NCBI GenBank assembly: GCA_963750165.1
Contig: CAVVPN010000012.1
Coordinates: forward strand, 192,001 to 256,000
Source: an uncultured Gemmataceae bacterium
GTDB lineage: Bacteria > Planctomycetota > Planctomycetia > Gemmatales > Gemmataceae
DNA: 64,000 bases
Direction of reading: 5' to 3'
Shown: positions 49,310-59,664 of the stretch, one piece after another
Layout of the letters: each line of letters begins with the position of its first letter
How positions within the stretch are numbered: the first letter of the stretch is position 1
The notes under the pieces: generated by a model
The model's input: only the letters and a program-made list of their open reading frames with translations
Told to the model about the DNA's origin: nothing
The model's database searches: none
Position numbers and translations under genes: made by a program

Positions 49310-52177
49310 TTACTGCAGTTCGGACAGGGTCAGTTCATAGGCACCGAACTCGCCCGGGTTGCAACTGGTGGCGATCACCCGATAGGTGGCGGTGCGCGGC
49401 GGCGTGAACTCCAGGCGGGCGTTGGGGAAGCCGCCGCCGTCGTCGTCGAACGCCAGTTGCTGGCCCTTGTCGTCCTCAATGCGCAGGTACGGGTCCAGTT
49501 TGCCGCTCACCAGCTTCATGTCGAAGACGTACTTGCGGTTCGCCCCCATTTTTACCGGGTAGATATTCATCCGGGTGCCGGGCCGGATCTTCGAATCGAC
49601 TGGGGACTTCTGCGTCAGGTCGCCCTTGATCTGGAAGTGGACCTTGCCCTTCGCCACCTGAGGCGGTCCCTTCTTGGGCGGCGTGATGTTGGCGAGGTTG
49701 CCCGCTACGCGTGTCAGGAACACGTCGTAGGTCACCACCGCCTCGCCGCCGCCCAGCTCGGAAGTCACCTTGATCTGATAGTCCGACACGAAGCCGCGCT
49801 CCGTGTTGAACAGCACCCGGCCGCGCACCCGGCCGAAGGTTTGGCCCTGCTTCTTGGTGTCCCGGCCGCGCACCTCGCCCGTCAGGCTGATGACCGCCTC
49901 CGTGCCGGCGGCGCCCACCCGGCTGCCCTCGTAGGTGCAGACAAGTAGGATGTCCACGATTTCCTTCTTGGTGTCGGCGGCGATCAGCATCGGTTGCCGG
50001 GCCTTCCACTTCTCGCGCGGCTGCACTTCACGGTTGGGTACCGGGTAGCAGGTGGCCTCGTAGCCGTTGGCGATGCGGTTGTACATGTCCTCCACGTCCT
50101 CGCGCACGTTCGGCGGCAACTTCTTGAAGCTCGGGTCGCCGCGTTCCTTGAGGGCGCCGGCCGGGTCGGCGGCGTAGCTGGTGCTGAACACCTTGAGGTA
50201 TGGCACCAGTCGCGCTGGCATGGTCGCGCGCTTGCCTTCCACCTCGTAGGCCGCCTGGCAGTCGCCGACGTACACCCGCATGGCACCGCCGATCTTGTGC
50301 GTCGTGACCAGTTCCAGGGCCGTGACCTTCGTCGTGAGCACGAAGGCTTGCTGATCCTTGCCCCGCGCCAGCCGCACCTGCGAGGAAGTGTTCAGGGTCA
50401 GCGTGCGCTCCGGGGTGCCCTCGTACTTCTGCTTCAGCACCGCCGGCAGAGCCTCCAGCGGCGGCGCCGACGACGGCCGGTGTGGCACCACGACGGCCCA
50501 GTATTTATCGCCTGTCGTACTGGTCACCACAGGCTGAATGAACAGCACCTTGTTCGCCATCGGTGTGTACGGGACGGCCACCTTGCCGACGCCGCCCTCC
50601 AGGGTGACGGGGTAGGTCATCTTGCCGCCGTCGCCGGGCAGCGCGGCCGGCGGCCGATCCGCGGCGGGCCGGGCCGCGCCGCCGTCGCCGGTCCACACCT
50701 CGACGTGCATGGCGCGGATGCGCCGCAGCGGGTCCAGGCACACCAGTGTCACGGGCAGGTGGCGCTGCTTGTTCTCCAAAAAGGGCTCGCCGTGGAACGT
50801 CTCCTGAATGCGGCCCCGGGCGATCAGGCGGGCGAAGTCGCCAGGCACGGCGAAGTTGATCTGTGTGCCGCGGATGCCGGCGACGGCCACGCCGACCACC
50901 TCGCCGCGCGTGTTGACCACCGGGCCGCCGGAGTTGCCCGGGTGCATGCCGCCGTTGACCTGAATCTGGTTCAGGATGCCGTACTTGTCCGAGCGCAGCG
51001 AGGACACCGACGACTCCGCCACGGTGATGTTCTTGCCGAGCTGCGAGCCGAACGGGAAACCGAAGATGTAAACCTTTTGCAGTTCGTTCAGGTCGGCAGC
51101 GCTGACGACGGGCAGCGGCTCGGCCAGTTTGTCGGGCGGCCCCTCGACGCGGACGACGGCCAGATCGGTTTCGCGGTCCACGCCCAGAACGGCGCCCTTG
51201 AAGGTGACCTCGCCCGGCAGGCCGCTGCGGACAATCACCTCAATATTGTTGGGCGGCCGGCTGTCGGCCTGTAGCATCCCCAGGACGTGCGCGTTGGTGA
51301 CGACGACGCCCGGCTCCAGGCTGAAGAAGCCGGAGCCCTCGGAGATGCTGCCGGGTCGGGTGACGCGCAGCTGCACCGTCGCGTGCTTGATGCGCTGCAC
51401 GTCCTTCGGACTCAGCGTGGCCGGCAGCAGCAATTTTTCTTGCGGCCTGGTTTCGGGCGGGTCGGGCTGCTTGACCTCCACGGGGGGGGGTTGATTGATC
51501 TTGCCGTTATCCCCGTTGTTCTTGACCTCTTTCTTGTCTTCCTTCCGGTCTTCCCTCTTGTCTTCCTTCCGGTCTTCCGTCTTGTCTTCCTTTCTGTCCT
51601 CCTTTTTGTCTTCCTTCTTGATTTCCCGTTTGTCTTCCTTCTTGTTTTCCTTTTTGTCTTCCGTCTTGTCTTCTTTCCTGACCTCCTTGCCCTTGTCCTC
51701 CTGGTTCGCCGTATCGGTCGCGGCCGTTTGCGCGTCGGTGGTGCCGGGACGGAGGAAAAGGAACCACAGCGCGAGCAGGCCGCCGATGAAGCACACGGCA
51801 GCCGCGCCACCGGCGACGAGCAGCACGGGCAGCATGGAGCGTTGCGGCGCGGGCCTGGCCTGGCGGCGCGGCGGGGCGGCGCGCTCCTGCGGTGCGGGCG
51901 TGCGGGGCCTGGGCGCGGCGGCGGCCGGAGCCGGTTTGGGAGCGCCCGGTTTTACCGCTCGGCTGGGCGGCGTGGCAGCCGGGGCCGGCCTGGGGGCGAC
52001 CGGTTTTACCGTCTGGCTGGACCGCGCGGGCGGCGCGGGCGGCGCGGGCGGTGCGGCAGCCAGCCCGGGAACCTGGAAGGGTCGCAGGCACTTTTGACAG
52101 CGGAGCGTCTGGCCGCGGTGCTCGTCGGTCAGGGCGTAAACGTGCTGACAACCGGGACAAGCGATGCGAAAGCCCAT
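49310..52177 (-). CDS. membrane-anchored trypsin-like (S1) serine protease with a zinc ribbon, KEDK repeats and a C-terminal PPC-like domain
   Basis: CPGC/CQKC, Pro/Ala linker, TM, TNAHV, DLAVV, GNSGGP, DPYLR...DDDGGG..NAR. Confidence 0.9.
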   Translation of the reverse strand: MGFRIACPGCQHVYALTDEHRGQTLRCQKCLRPFQVPGLAAAPPAPPAPPARSSQTVKPVAPRPAPAATPPSRAVKPGAPKPAPAAAAPRPRTPAPQERAAPPRRQARPAPQRSMLPVLLVAGGAAAVCFIGGLLALWFLFLRPGTTDAQTAATDTANQEDKGKEVRKEDKTEDKKENKKEDKREIKKEDKKEDRKEDKTEDRKEDKREDRKEDKKEVKNNGDNGKINQPPPVEVKQPDPPETRPQEKLLLPATLSPKDVQRIKHATVQLRVTRPGSISEGSGFFSLEPGVVVTNAHVLGMLQADSRPPNNIEVIVRSGLPGEVTFKGAVLGVDRETDLAVVRVEGPPDKLAEPLPVVSAADLNELQKVYIFGFPFGSQLGKNITVAESSVSSLRSDKYGILNQIQVNGGMHPGNSGGPVVNTRGEVVGVAVAGIRGTQINFAVPGDFARLIARGRIQETFHGEPFLENKQRHLPVTLVCLDPLRRIRAMHVEVWTGDGGAARPAADRPPAALPGDGGKMTYPVTLEGGVGKVAVPYTPMANKVLFIQPVVTSTTGDKYWAVVVPHRPSSAPPLEALPAVLKQKYEGTPERTLTLNTSSQVRLARGKDQQAFVLTTKVTALELVTTHKIGGAMRVYVGDCQAAYEVEGKRATMPARLVPYLKVFSTSYAADPAGALKERGDPSFKKLPPNVREDVEDMYNRIANGYEATCYPVPNREVQPREKWKARQPMLIAADTKKEIVDILLVCTYEGSRVGAAGTEAVISLTGEVRGRDTKKQGQTFGRVRGRVLFNTERGFVSDYQIKVTSELGGGEAVVTYDVFLTRVAGNLANITPPKKGPPQVAKGKVHFQIKGDLTQKSPVDSKIRPGTRMNIYPVKMGANRKYVFDMKLVSGKLDPYLRIEDDKGQQLAFDDDGGGFPNARLEFTPPRTATYRVIATSCNPGEFGAYELTLSELQ

Positions 52178-52632
52178 GAGCGTTCTCCTTGCAACAGGTC
52201 GGGGCGGGGCGATTCGGCAGGCCGCACAACCTCGGGTTGAGTCGGGTGAAGGTGGAGAGTTGTAAATAGGTTACCGCGTCTTGCCGGGACTGCAAGCAAA
52301 AACTGCCGCCCTGTTCTGGGCCGGTGAGCGTGACCCGCGCCAGCCCTGCTGTCCAGGCCCTTGCCGGATCGGGCCGCCGCCATACACCATAACCCCTGTG
52401 CAGCCAAATCCCGCACCGCCCGGCGCGGGAACGGGGGAACCAGCGAGCCGGTTGTTTCCGGCTCCGGGCGCAGGCCGTCCATCAGCCAGGGTACTTTCAA
52501 ACCCCAGCCCGTCAGCTAACCCCGTCGGCCGGCCCGGGCAACGCCGCTTCGGGCCCCTTGAAAGGGCGCCACGTTTCCTGCACCAACGCCGTGCCCACTC
52601 CCTTTGGGAACACTTCTTCCCCGGTAGCTTCC

Positions 52633-55401
52633 ATGACTCCTATTGATGGGCCTGTCTCCGCGTCCCCAGTGGGGAAGGTGGGCCGCGCCGCCCAGGTCAT
52701 CGTCGTCAGCAGTGTGATGTTCACCTTCATCTCGTACTGGCGCACCGCCGCGGTGGTCCTGTGCGATTTGGCCAGCACTGCCTACTACATCGGCGGCGTC
52801 GTCGAATCAAGCATCGGCCCGGCCGCGCCCTGGTTCATCCTCGCTGTCATGTTCTTCAGTTACGCTGTCCGTTCCGTCTACATCGAAAGCTGTTCAATGT
52901 TCGTGCGCGGCGGCGTTTATCGAGTGGTCAAGGAGGCGATGGGCGGCTTTTTGGCCAAGCTGTCCGTGTCCGCCTTGATGTTCGATTACATCCTGACCGG
53001 CCCCACCAGCGGCGTCTCGGCCGGGCAATACATCATGGGACTGGCGTTCCAGTTTATCAAGATTTCCAACGAGAGCTTTTACATAAGCCTCGGCCTGGAT
53101 AATGATGCGATTCGCAAACCGGTGGGCGACTGGGGGGCCGTCCTGCTCGCCTGCGCCGTAACGATTTACTTCTTCCGCCAGAACCTCCGCGGCATCCACG
53201 AGTCCAGCGACAAGGCCATGAAGATCATGATCGCCACCACCATCATGGCGGTCATCATGATCGGCTGGTGTCTCATCACGCTGGCGGTCAACGGGCCGGC
53301 TAACGACATCTTTCGCATGCCCGATCTCGACAAAAAGTATGAATTGGAAACCGTCAAGGTGACCGAAGCGGAAAAGGCCAGATACGGCGATGTGGAAGAC
53401 CGGTGGGTCAAGGGGCCGGACGGGAAACTGATTCCGAAACTGGACGAGCAGGGCAACCCCATTTCGAAAAGAAGCGTGGCGCTGGAAAAGGTGGGCGTCG
53501 ATGAGCAGGAGGACCCGCTCGGCTTTCTGGGTCGGATGTTCCCGGCGGGGGCGTTGACCAATCTGCGGCACCCGCACGGTTGGCTGGGGCTTATTGGCGT
53601 CATTGGTCTGATGATCGCGTTCGGCCATTCGATTCTGGCGATGAGTGGCGAGGAGACGCTGGCTCAGGTGTACCGCGAAGTTGAGTCGCCGAAGATGCCC
53701 AACTTCAAGCGGGCAGCGTTCATCGTCTTTGTCTACAGTTTGGTGCTGACCGGCGGCATGAGCTTTTTGGCCGTGCTGTTGATTCCCGACGAGGTGCGAA
53801 TGAAGTTCTACGACCAGAACCTGATTGGCGGCCTGGCCCGGTACGTGCTGGGGCCGCCGCAGGTCAAGCTGGCGCTGGAAACGTTCGTGGTAGTGATCGG
53901 CTTTTTGATCCTGTCGGGGGCGGTGAACACGGCGATCATCGGCAGCAACGGCGTGCTCAACCGCGTGGCCGAGGACGGCGTCTTGCCCGACTGGTTCCTG
54001 AAGCCGCACCCGAAGTACGGCACGACCTATCGGCTGCTGTACCTCATATTGGGGTTGCAGTTATCGGTCATTCTTTTCAGCGGCGGCGACATGATCTTGC
54101 TGGGAGAGGCGTACGCCTTCGGCGTGGTCTGGAGTTTCGTCTTCAACGCCGCGGCGATGGTGGTGCTGCGCTTCAAGGACCGGACGCCGCGCGTGTACAA
54201 GGTGCCGTTCAATTTCAAGATCGGTTCGATTGAGGTTCCGTTTGGCCTGTTGATGATTTTCCTGATCCTGCTGACCACGGCGCTGCTGAACTTCTTCACC
54301 AAGGAAGTGGCGACGGTCGGCGGCCTTGGTTTCACATTGATGTTCCTGACTGTGTTCCTGGTTTCAGATCATTATCACGAGAAGCGTCTGCAGGGCAAGC
54401 CCCATGAGCATCTCGAACAGTTCAATCAGACCATCGCTGGCGAAGTGACCCCGGAAACCCTGGGGTTGACCAAACCGTATCGCAAACTGGTAGCCATCCG
54501 CTCACCGCAAAACCTGTTCATGCTGGAGAAGGCTCTGTCGGAGACGGACCCGAATACCACCGAGGTGGTCGTCATGACCGCCAAGACGGTCCCTCCGGGC
54601 GAACCGGACGCCCGCGGTCCCGCCGACGCTGCCACCCTGGACACTTACGACCAGAATCTGATGACGGCCGTGGTCAATCGGGCGGAGCACGCCGGCAAGC
54701 AGATCAAGCCGCTCATCGTACCGACCAACAACCCGCTGCACGCCGTACTGCGCACCGCCAAGGACCTGGGCGTGCAGGAGTTGATATTGGGGGCGTCCAA
54801 CAAGTTCAGCGCCGAGGAGCAACTGGATCAGGTCGCGTTTTACTGGATTCATCTGAACGACGGTGAACAAAAGCCGTTGACGGTGCGCATCCTGAGCCGC
54901 AACCGCGACGTGTCTTTCGATCTGGGTGGCGGCAACCGTATCCCGCGGATCAGCGAACGGCAGGCGCGGTCGGTGGCGGACCTGCGCGCCGCGGGCGTGG
55001 GCGTGAACCGCGTGCTGCTGGCCCATGACGGCAGCCAGGCGAGCCATGATGTGTTCCAGTCGGTGCTGACGATGCTTGACCCGCAAGTAACGCTGGACCT
55101 GGTGGTCACGATGGCCCCCGGAAAGGAAACGGGCAACGGTGGGGCACTCAAGCAGGACCAGGAACTGGCCAGTCACCTCGGAAGAGAATTGCACGTGGAG
55201 CGTCTGGAGGGCGACTGGGGCCCACGGTTGGTGCAGCTGGTCAAGGAACGCCATTACGATCTCATCATTTTGCCGCTGCCGGACCAACGGCCGGCTCAGG
55301 GGAACTGGTGGCGCGACTGGGAGAATCATGTGCTGAATCACGCGCCCTGTCAGGTGGCGTTCGTGGCCCGGCCGGGAATCCCGCAGCACGTGGAAGAGTA
55401 G
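52633..55401 (+). CDS. APC-family permease fused to two USP-like domains
   Basis: DLASTAYYIGG, GGVYRVVKEA, MFDYILTG, AMSGEETLAQVYRE; LILGAS; VLLAHDGS...HAPCQV. Confidence 0.88.
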   Translation: MTPIDGPVSASPVGKVGRAAQVIVVSSVMFTFISYWRTAAVVLCDLASTAYYIGGVVESSIGPAAPWFILAVMFFSYAVRSVYIESCSMFVRGGVYRVVKEAMGGFLAKLSVSALMFDYILTGPTSGVSAGQYIMGLAFQFIKISNESFYISLGLDNDAIRKPVGDWGAVLLACAVTIYFFRQNLRGIHESSDKAMKIMIATTIMAVIMIGWCLITLAVNGPANDIFRMPDLDKKYELETVKVTEAEKARYGDVEDRWVKGPDGKLIPKLDEQGNPISKRSVALEKVGVDEQEDPLGFLGRMFPAGALTNLRHPHGWLGLIGVIGLMIAFGHSILAMSGEETLAQVYREVESPKMPNFKRAAFIVFVYSLVLTGGMSFLAVLLIPDEVRMKFYDQNLIGGLARYVLGPPQVKLALETFVVVIGFLILSGAVNTAIIGSNGVLNRVAEDGVLPDWFLKPHPKYGTTYRLLYLILGLQLSVILFSGGDMILLGEAYAFGVVWSFVFNAAAMVVLRFKDRTPRVYKVPFNFKIGSIEVPFGLLMIFLILLTTALLNFFTKEVATVGGLGFTLMFLTVFLVSDHYHEKRLQGKPHEHLEQFNQTIAGEVTPETLGLTKPYRKLVAIRSPQNLFMLEKALSETDPNTTEVVVMTAKTVPPGEPDARGPADAATLDTYDQNLMTAVVNRAEHAGKQIKPLIVPTNNPLHAVLRTAKDLGVQELILGASNKFSAEEQLDQVAFYWIHLNDGEQKPLTVRILSRNRDVSFDLGGGNRIPRISERQARSVADLRAAGVGVNRVLLAHDGSQASHDVFQSVLTMLDPQVTLDLVVTMAPGKETGNGGALKQDQELASHLGRELHVERLEGDWGPRLVQLVKERHYDLIILPLPDQRPAQGNWWRDWENHVLNHAPCQVAFVARPGIPQHVEE

Positions 55402-55440
55402 CGGTCGCCGCCGACTTGCTTTCGCAACAACGATGACTCG

Positions 55441-55520
55441 TCCGAGCCGCGCACGGAGCGTACTCGCGGAATAAGCGGCCGCCCGCTTACTCCGCGAGTG
55501 CGCTCCGTGCGCGGCTCGGA
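55441..55520. repeat. 80-bp palindrome between convergent genes
   Basis: TCCGAGCCGCGCACGGAGCG...TAAGCGG / CCGCTTA...CGCTCCGTGCGCGGCTCGGA. Confidence 0.9.
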
Positions 55521-55558
55521 GGCTGAACGCGCAAAGCCGCCAGCGGCAGAAAAACGGG

Positions 55559-56308
55559 TCACTCCTTCTCCATCGCCGCGACCAACTCGTCGGTGACGTG
55601 CAGACTCGAATACGCATTCTGCACGTCGTCATGGTCTTCCAGCGTTTCCATGAGCCGCATCACCTTCCTGCCGGTTTCCACGTCCACCGTGGCCGGCACC
55701 CTGGCGACCTGCGCCACTTCCGCGTGGGTCGGCGTCAGGTTGGCCGCCTTCAGCGCCTCCTGCACCTTGTTGAAGTGGACCGCGTCGCAGGTGATCTCGA
55801 ACTGATCGCCGTTGCGCTTCAGGTCGTCGGCGCCCGCGTCCAGGACGACGCCCATGAGCGTGTCCTCATCGACGCCGGCCGGCACCGCGAACAGGCCCTT
55901 GCGCTCGAACTGGTTGGCGGCGGCGCCAACGGTGGCCATCTTGCCGCCGCAGCGCTCGAAGATCTTGCGGACCTCGCCGTTGGTGCGGTTGCGGTTGTCG
56001 GTCAGCACGTCCACCAGCACCGCGACGCCGCCGGGACCGTAGCCCTCGTACGTGATCTCCTCGAAGACCACGCCCTCCATCTCGCCGGTGCCGCGCTTGA
56101 TGGCGCGCTCGATGTTGTCCTTGGGCATGCTGACCTCACGCGCCTTGTCGATGGCGTAGCGCAGCTTGAGGTTCATGGTGGGGTCGCCGCCGCCGTTGCG
56201 CGCCGCGATGATGATGGCCCGGCTCAACTTGCTCCAAAGCTTGCCGCGCTTGGCGTCAATGGCCCCTTTCTTGTGCTTGATCGTCGCCCAGTGGGAATGG
56301 CCTGACAT
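55559..56308 (-). CDS. yebC: YebC/PmpR family protein
   Basis: MSGHSHWATIKHKK, MPKDNIERAI, YEGYGPGGVA, TDNRNRT, DDVQN. Confidence 0.95.
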   Translation of the reverse strand: MSGHSHWATIKHKKGAIDAKRGKLWSKLSRAIIIAARNGGGDPTMNLKLRYAIDKAREVSMPKDNIERAIKRGTGEMEGVVFEEITYEGYGPGGVAVLVDVLTDNRNRTNGEVRKIFERCGGKMATVGAAANQFERKGLFAVPAGVDEDTLMGVVLDAGADDLKRNGDQFEITCDAVHFNKVQEALKAANLTPTHAEVAQVARVPATVDVETGRKVMRLMETLEDHDDVQNAYSSLHVTDELVAAMEKE

Positions 56309-56400
56309 GACTCCTCCTTTGCCGCAGCGAAGCGCAGCGCGCCCGCGGCCCGGCGCAACACCCCGGCCGCCGCCCGGCGGGCCGCCCTTCATCGAGATGG

Positions 56401-58635
56401 TTATTCGTTCCCCTGGCCCTTCAACTTCTTTTGCAGTTCGCGGTAACGCTCATCCATTTTACGCCCCTGACCCGGCCCGTAAAAGTGCAGTGCCCGTTGC
56501 CAGGCCGTCCGCCCCTGCGCCGCCAGCCCCAGTCGCTGGTAGGCGTCGCCGAGGTGGTCCCAGATCACGGGGTCGTCGCTGTCGGGCAGGGCCGTCGCTC
56601 GCTCCAGTTCCCGGCGCGCCGCCTCGAACTGGCCGCGGCGATACAGCACCCAGCCCAAACTATCAATATACGCGGCGTTGTCCTGAATTTCCTCCGTCGC
56701 CGTCACCGCGAAGGGCACATTCACCTTTTTCTGCTGCCGATCCAGCGCGATCGCTTTGCGGATCATCGCCTCGGCCTCCTCCAACCGCTTATTCTGGTCC
56801 GCCCACAGATAGCCCAGGTCGTTGTTGACCGTGGCGTTGTTCGGGTCCAGTTTCAGGCACTGCTCCAGTTCGGCCTCGGCCTTCGCCTGCCAGCCCGCCG
56901 TGCTGTAGACGTTGGACAGCAGATAATGCAGTTCCTGCACGTCGCCGGGCAGGGTTGCCTCCTTGAGCAATGCCAGGCACTCCTTCTCCGCGAGGGTGAA
57001 CCGACCCCCCTGGGCCAGCAGGCGGACGCGCAGCATACGCAGCTTTGGCCGCTCCAGCGCGGTTGCGTCCTTCGCCGCCAGATCCACCTCCGTCAGCGCC
57101 TCATCGACGCGGTCGAGCAGCCCCAGCGCCCGCGCCAGCTCGGAGCGGAACACGACCGCCTGCGGCGCCTTCGGCTCCTCCAGTGCCTTGCGGCACACGT
57201 CCGCCACACCGACGTACTTGTGCGTTTTCCACAGCAGCCGCAGGAAGCCGGCCTGAACCACGAGGCGGCCGTTGGACTCGCCCGGCTGGGCCAGGCAGCG
57301 GCGGAAGAAGTGCTCCGCTTCGTCCGACATCCGCTGCGCCTCGGCCAGCAGTGCCAGGAAGTGCAGCGTCTCGCCCTGCAACTCCTTCTCGCGCGGCGCC
57401 AGCGCGGACTTCACCAGTTCGCGGCTCAGGTCGTTGTCGCTGCGGAAGGCGGCGACCAGGGTGCGGGCCAGCGTCGCGACCTGATCTGGCCGCTCACGGC
57501 CCTGCGTTAGCCGGGCATCCACCAGGGCCAGCGCTCGCGCCATGCCCGGCTGACCCATGTCCTTGTACAGCGTGAACAGCCCCTGATAGACGTTGGTGCT
57601 CGGGGACTCCTCCAGCAGCGTCAGGTAAATCTTCTCCGCCGGCGCGGTCTGACCGGCGACGGCGTACTGGCGGGCCAGCAGCAGACGCAGCCCCAGGTTG
57701 AACCGGTCCAGGCCGGACGCCTTCTGCAGCCACGGCAGCACTTCCGCGTCGCGTTTCTGCTTGCGTAGCAGCTTGATCTTCAGCTCATACGCCTCGGTGC
57801 CCTGCGGCAGCAGACGCAGATAGTTGTCCAGGTAGCCGAGGGCGTCGTCCACACGGTCGATCTCCAGGCACACCTGGGCGAGGTGGTAGTTGAGGCGGCC
57901 GGCGCCGTCGGGGTTCTTGCCCTGGGCCTTCTTGAACGCGGCGATGGCCGGCTCGTACTGCTTCAGTTGCAAATGACCACGGCCGATGCGCTCGTAGATT
58001 TCTGCGGCCCGAATGCGGATTTCCTGGCGGGTGGCGGCGCTCACGTCGGTCACGGTGTCCATCGTTTCCAGCAGGGCGGCGGCGCGGGTGAACGCCGCCA
58101 CGGACCCGGCCACGTCGCCGGTGTGCTCGTAGATGACGCCTAAATCCTGGTGCATTTGCTCGCACAGTTCGGGGTGCTCCTGAATGCCGGCGCAGTCCAG
58201 GCCGCGCTGCAGCGCCGCCGCGGCCTCCTTCAGCCGGTCCTGGGCACGGAGCTGGCGGGCGTAAAAGAACCAGGTTTGATAGTCCTGCGGATCGAGGCTC
58301 AGGACCATGCGCGTCGCGGTCTGGGCCTCGGCCGGGCGCTCCAGGGCGATGTACAGGACGATGAGGCTGCGGTACACCGCCGGCGCGTCCGGGTTCAGTT
58401 TCGCTGACTTTTCCAACGCTTGCAGTGCCTCGATCAGCCGATCCTCGCGTTCGCAGAGCAGGCCGTGGACGTACAGGTGCAGGGCCTCACGGCGGTCGCG
58501 GTCCTTGTCGGAGGCGGGCTGGGCGGGCAGGACGGCGGGCTCGTCCTCGGGCGGCTGGCGGTGCTGGGCGCGGGCGGCGGCCGGCACGGCAGCGAGAACG
58601 ATCAGAAGCAGCACGGTTCGAGCAACCTGGGGCAT
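56401..58635 (-). CDS. secreted tetratricopeptide repeat protein
   Basis: Signal peptide, many TPRs, NDLGYLWAD, NAAYIDSLGWVLY, DHLGD. Confidence 0.92.
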   Translation of the reverse strand: MPQVARTVLLLIVLAAVPAAARAQHRQPPEDEPAVLPAQPASDKDRDRREALHLYVHGLLCEREDRLIEALQALEKSAKLNPDAPAVYRSLIVLYIALERPAEAQTATRMVLSLDPQDYQTWFFYARQLRAQDRLKEAAAALQRGLDCAGIQEHPELCEQMHQDLGVIYEHTGDVAGSVAAFTRAAALLETMDTVTDVSAATRQEIRIRAAEIYERIGRGHLQLKQYEPAIAAFKKAQGKNPDGAGRLNYHLAQVCLEIDRVDDALGYLDNYLRLLPQGTEAYELKIKLLRKQKRDAEVLPWLQKASGLDRFNLGLRLLLARQYAVAGQTAPAEKIYLTLLEESPSTNVYQGLFTLYKDMGQPGMARALALVDARLTQGRERPDQVATLARTLVAAFRSDNDLSRELVKSALAPREKELQGETLHFLALLAEAQRMSDEAEHFFRRCLAQPGESNGRLVVQAGFLRLLWKTHKYVGVADVCRKALEEPKAPQAVVFRSELARALGLLDRVDEALTEVDLAAKDATALERPKLRMLRVRLLAQGGRFTLAEKECLALLKEATLPGDVQELHYLLSNVYSTAGWQAKAEAELEQCLKLDPNNATVNNDLGYLWADQNKRLEEAEAMIRKAIALDRQQKKVNVPFAVTATEEIQDNAAYIDSLGWVLYRRGQFEAARRELERATALPDSDDPVIWDHLGDAYQRLGLAAQGRTAWQRALHFYGPGQGRKMDERYRELQKKLKGQGNE

Positions 58636-58754
58636 TTCCGAATCCCTCTTTAGCTCGCGGGCGGGGAACGGCGGCCGCGGCACTCCGGTCCACGGCGATT
58701 GGCGGCGGAGTGTAACCAAAAATGGGATTTTGCCAAGACGGCATTCATCAAAGA

Positions 58755-58857
58755 GGATTCACCACAAAGACACAAAGAGCACAAAGTAAAGATAGAAGAA
58801 TTAAATAATCATTCTTCTGTCTTTTCTTTGTGCTCTTTGTGTCTTTGTGGTGAATCC
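58755..58857. repeat. TCACCAC-family inverted repeat element
   Basis: GGATTCACCACAAAGACACAAAGAGCACAAAG / CTTTGTGCTCTTTGTGTCTTTGTGGTGAATCC. Confidence 0.92.
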
Positions 58858-58858
58858 G

Positions 58859-59563
58859 CTATTTAGCGCGGCTTGCCCCGGCCAGCGCGGTGCCGCCCTG
58901 GACGCTGGCGAACTGACAGGCCCCGGCCATCGGACAGCCCGGACACGCCGGGTCCGCCTCGTAGCAATACTCCTCGGCCAGTTCGCTCACCAGGTCGTTG
59001 AACTGAACGCCGCGGGCCTTGGGCACCTGATGTTCCAGGCTGGCCCGCAGCACTTCGGGGTCCTGTTCCTCGTTCTCGATCACGCCCAGCCGGCCCAGAC
59101 AGCGCAGCGTCGGCGCGTCCACCGGGATGGCGTGGCCGCCCAGGCTCTGCTGGATCACCCAGGCCACCGAGTAATCGTTGGCCGCCTGGTAGCGCTGCAG
59201 TTGCTTGGCCGCCTGTTTCAGCCCTTTCTTGTGCAGGCTCTCCAGGTCAAACGAAAAGGTCGTTTCAAAGACTTCTTGCAGAAATTCAATGATGCGCTGG
59301 GCGCGGGTCTCGGCGTTGGGCAGGCTCTGCAGGGCGTCGGCCAGCTCGCGGGCGGAGCTGACCCGAACCTCATTCCAGTCGAAAAACTGTTCGCGGAGGC
59401 CGCGGTAAGCGCGGTCCGCCTGTTCACGCGTCACGCCCTCGCGGCACAGCGCGTACAGGAACTGTTCCAGCACCGGCCGCGGCTCCTCCTCGTCGGCCCT
59501 GTTCTTCACCGCGGTGGAGAACAGCTGGGTGAACACTTTCTGCTTGTTGATGATGGTCGGCAT
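58859..59563 (-). CDS. endonuclease III (HhH-GPD)-like [4Fe-4S] protein, atypical
   Basis: F.DWNEVRV, GHAIPVD, CYEADPACPGCPMAGAC. Confidence 0.8.
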   Translation of the reverse strand: MPTIINKQKVFTQLFSTAVKNRADEEEPRPVLEQFLYALCREGVTREQADRAYRGLREQFFDWNEVRVSSARELADALQSLPNAETRAQRIIEFLQEVFETTFSFDLESLHKKGLKQAAKQLQRYQAANDYSVAWVIQQSLGGHAIPVDAPTLRCLGRLGVIENEEQDPEVLRASLEHQVPKARGVQFNDLVSELAEEYCYEADPACPGCPMAGACQFASVQGGTALAGASRAK

Positions 59564-59664
59564 AATGCGTCGTGCGCCCCCCGTGTGGGTAGGTTGACAG
59601 TTCGGTGACGCCCCGGCCTGGGTTCCCGACACCCGCCTCCGTGACGGCGTGCCGGCCGGATGCG

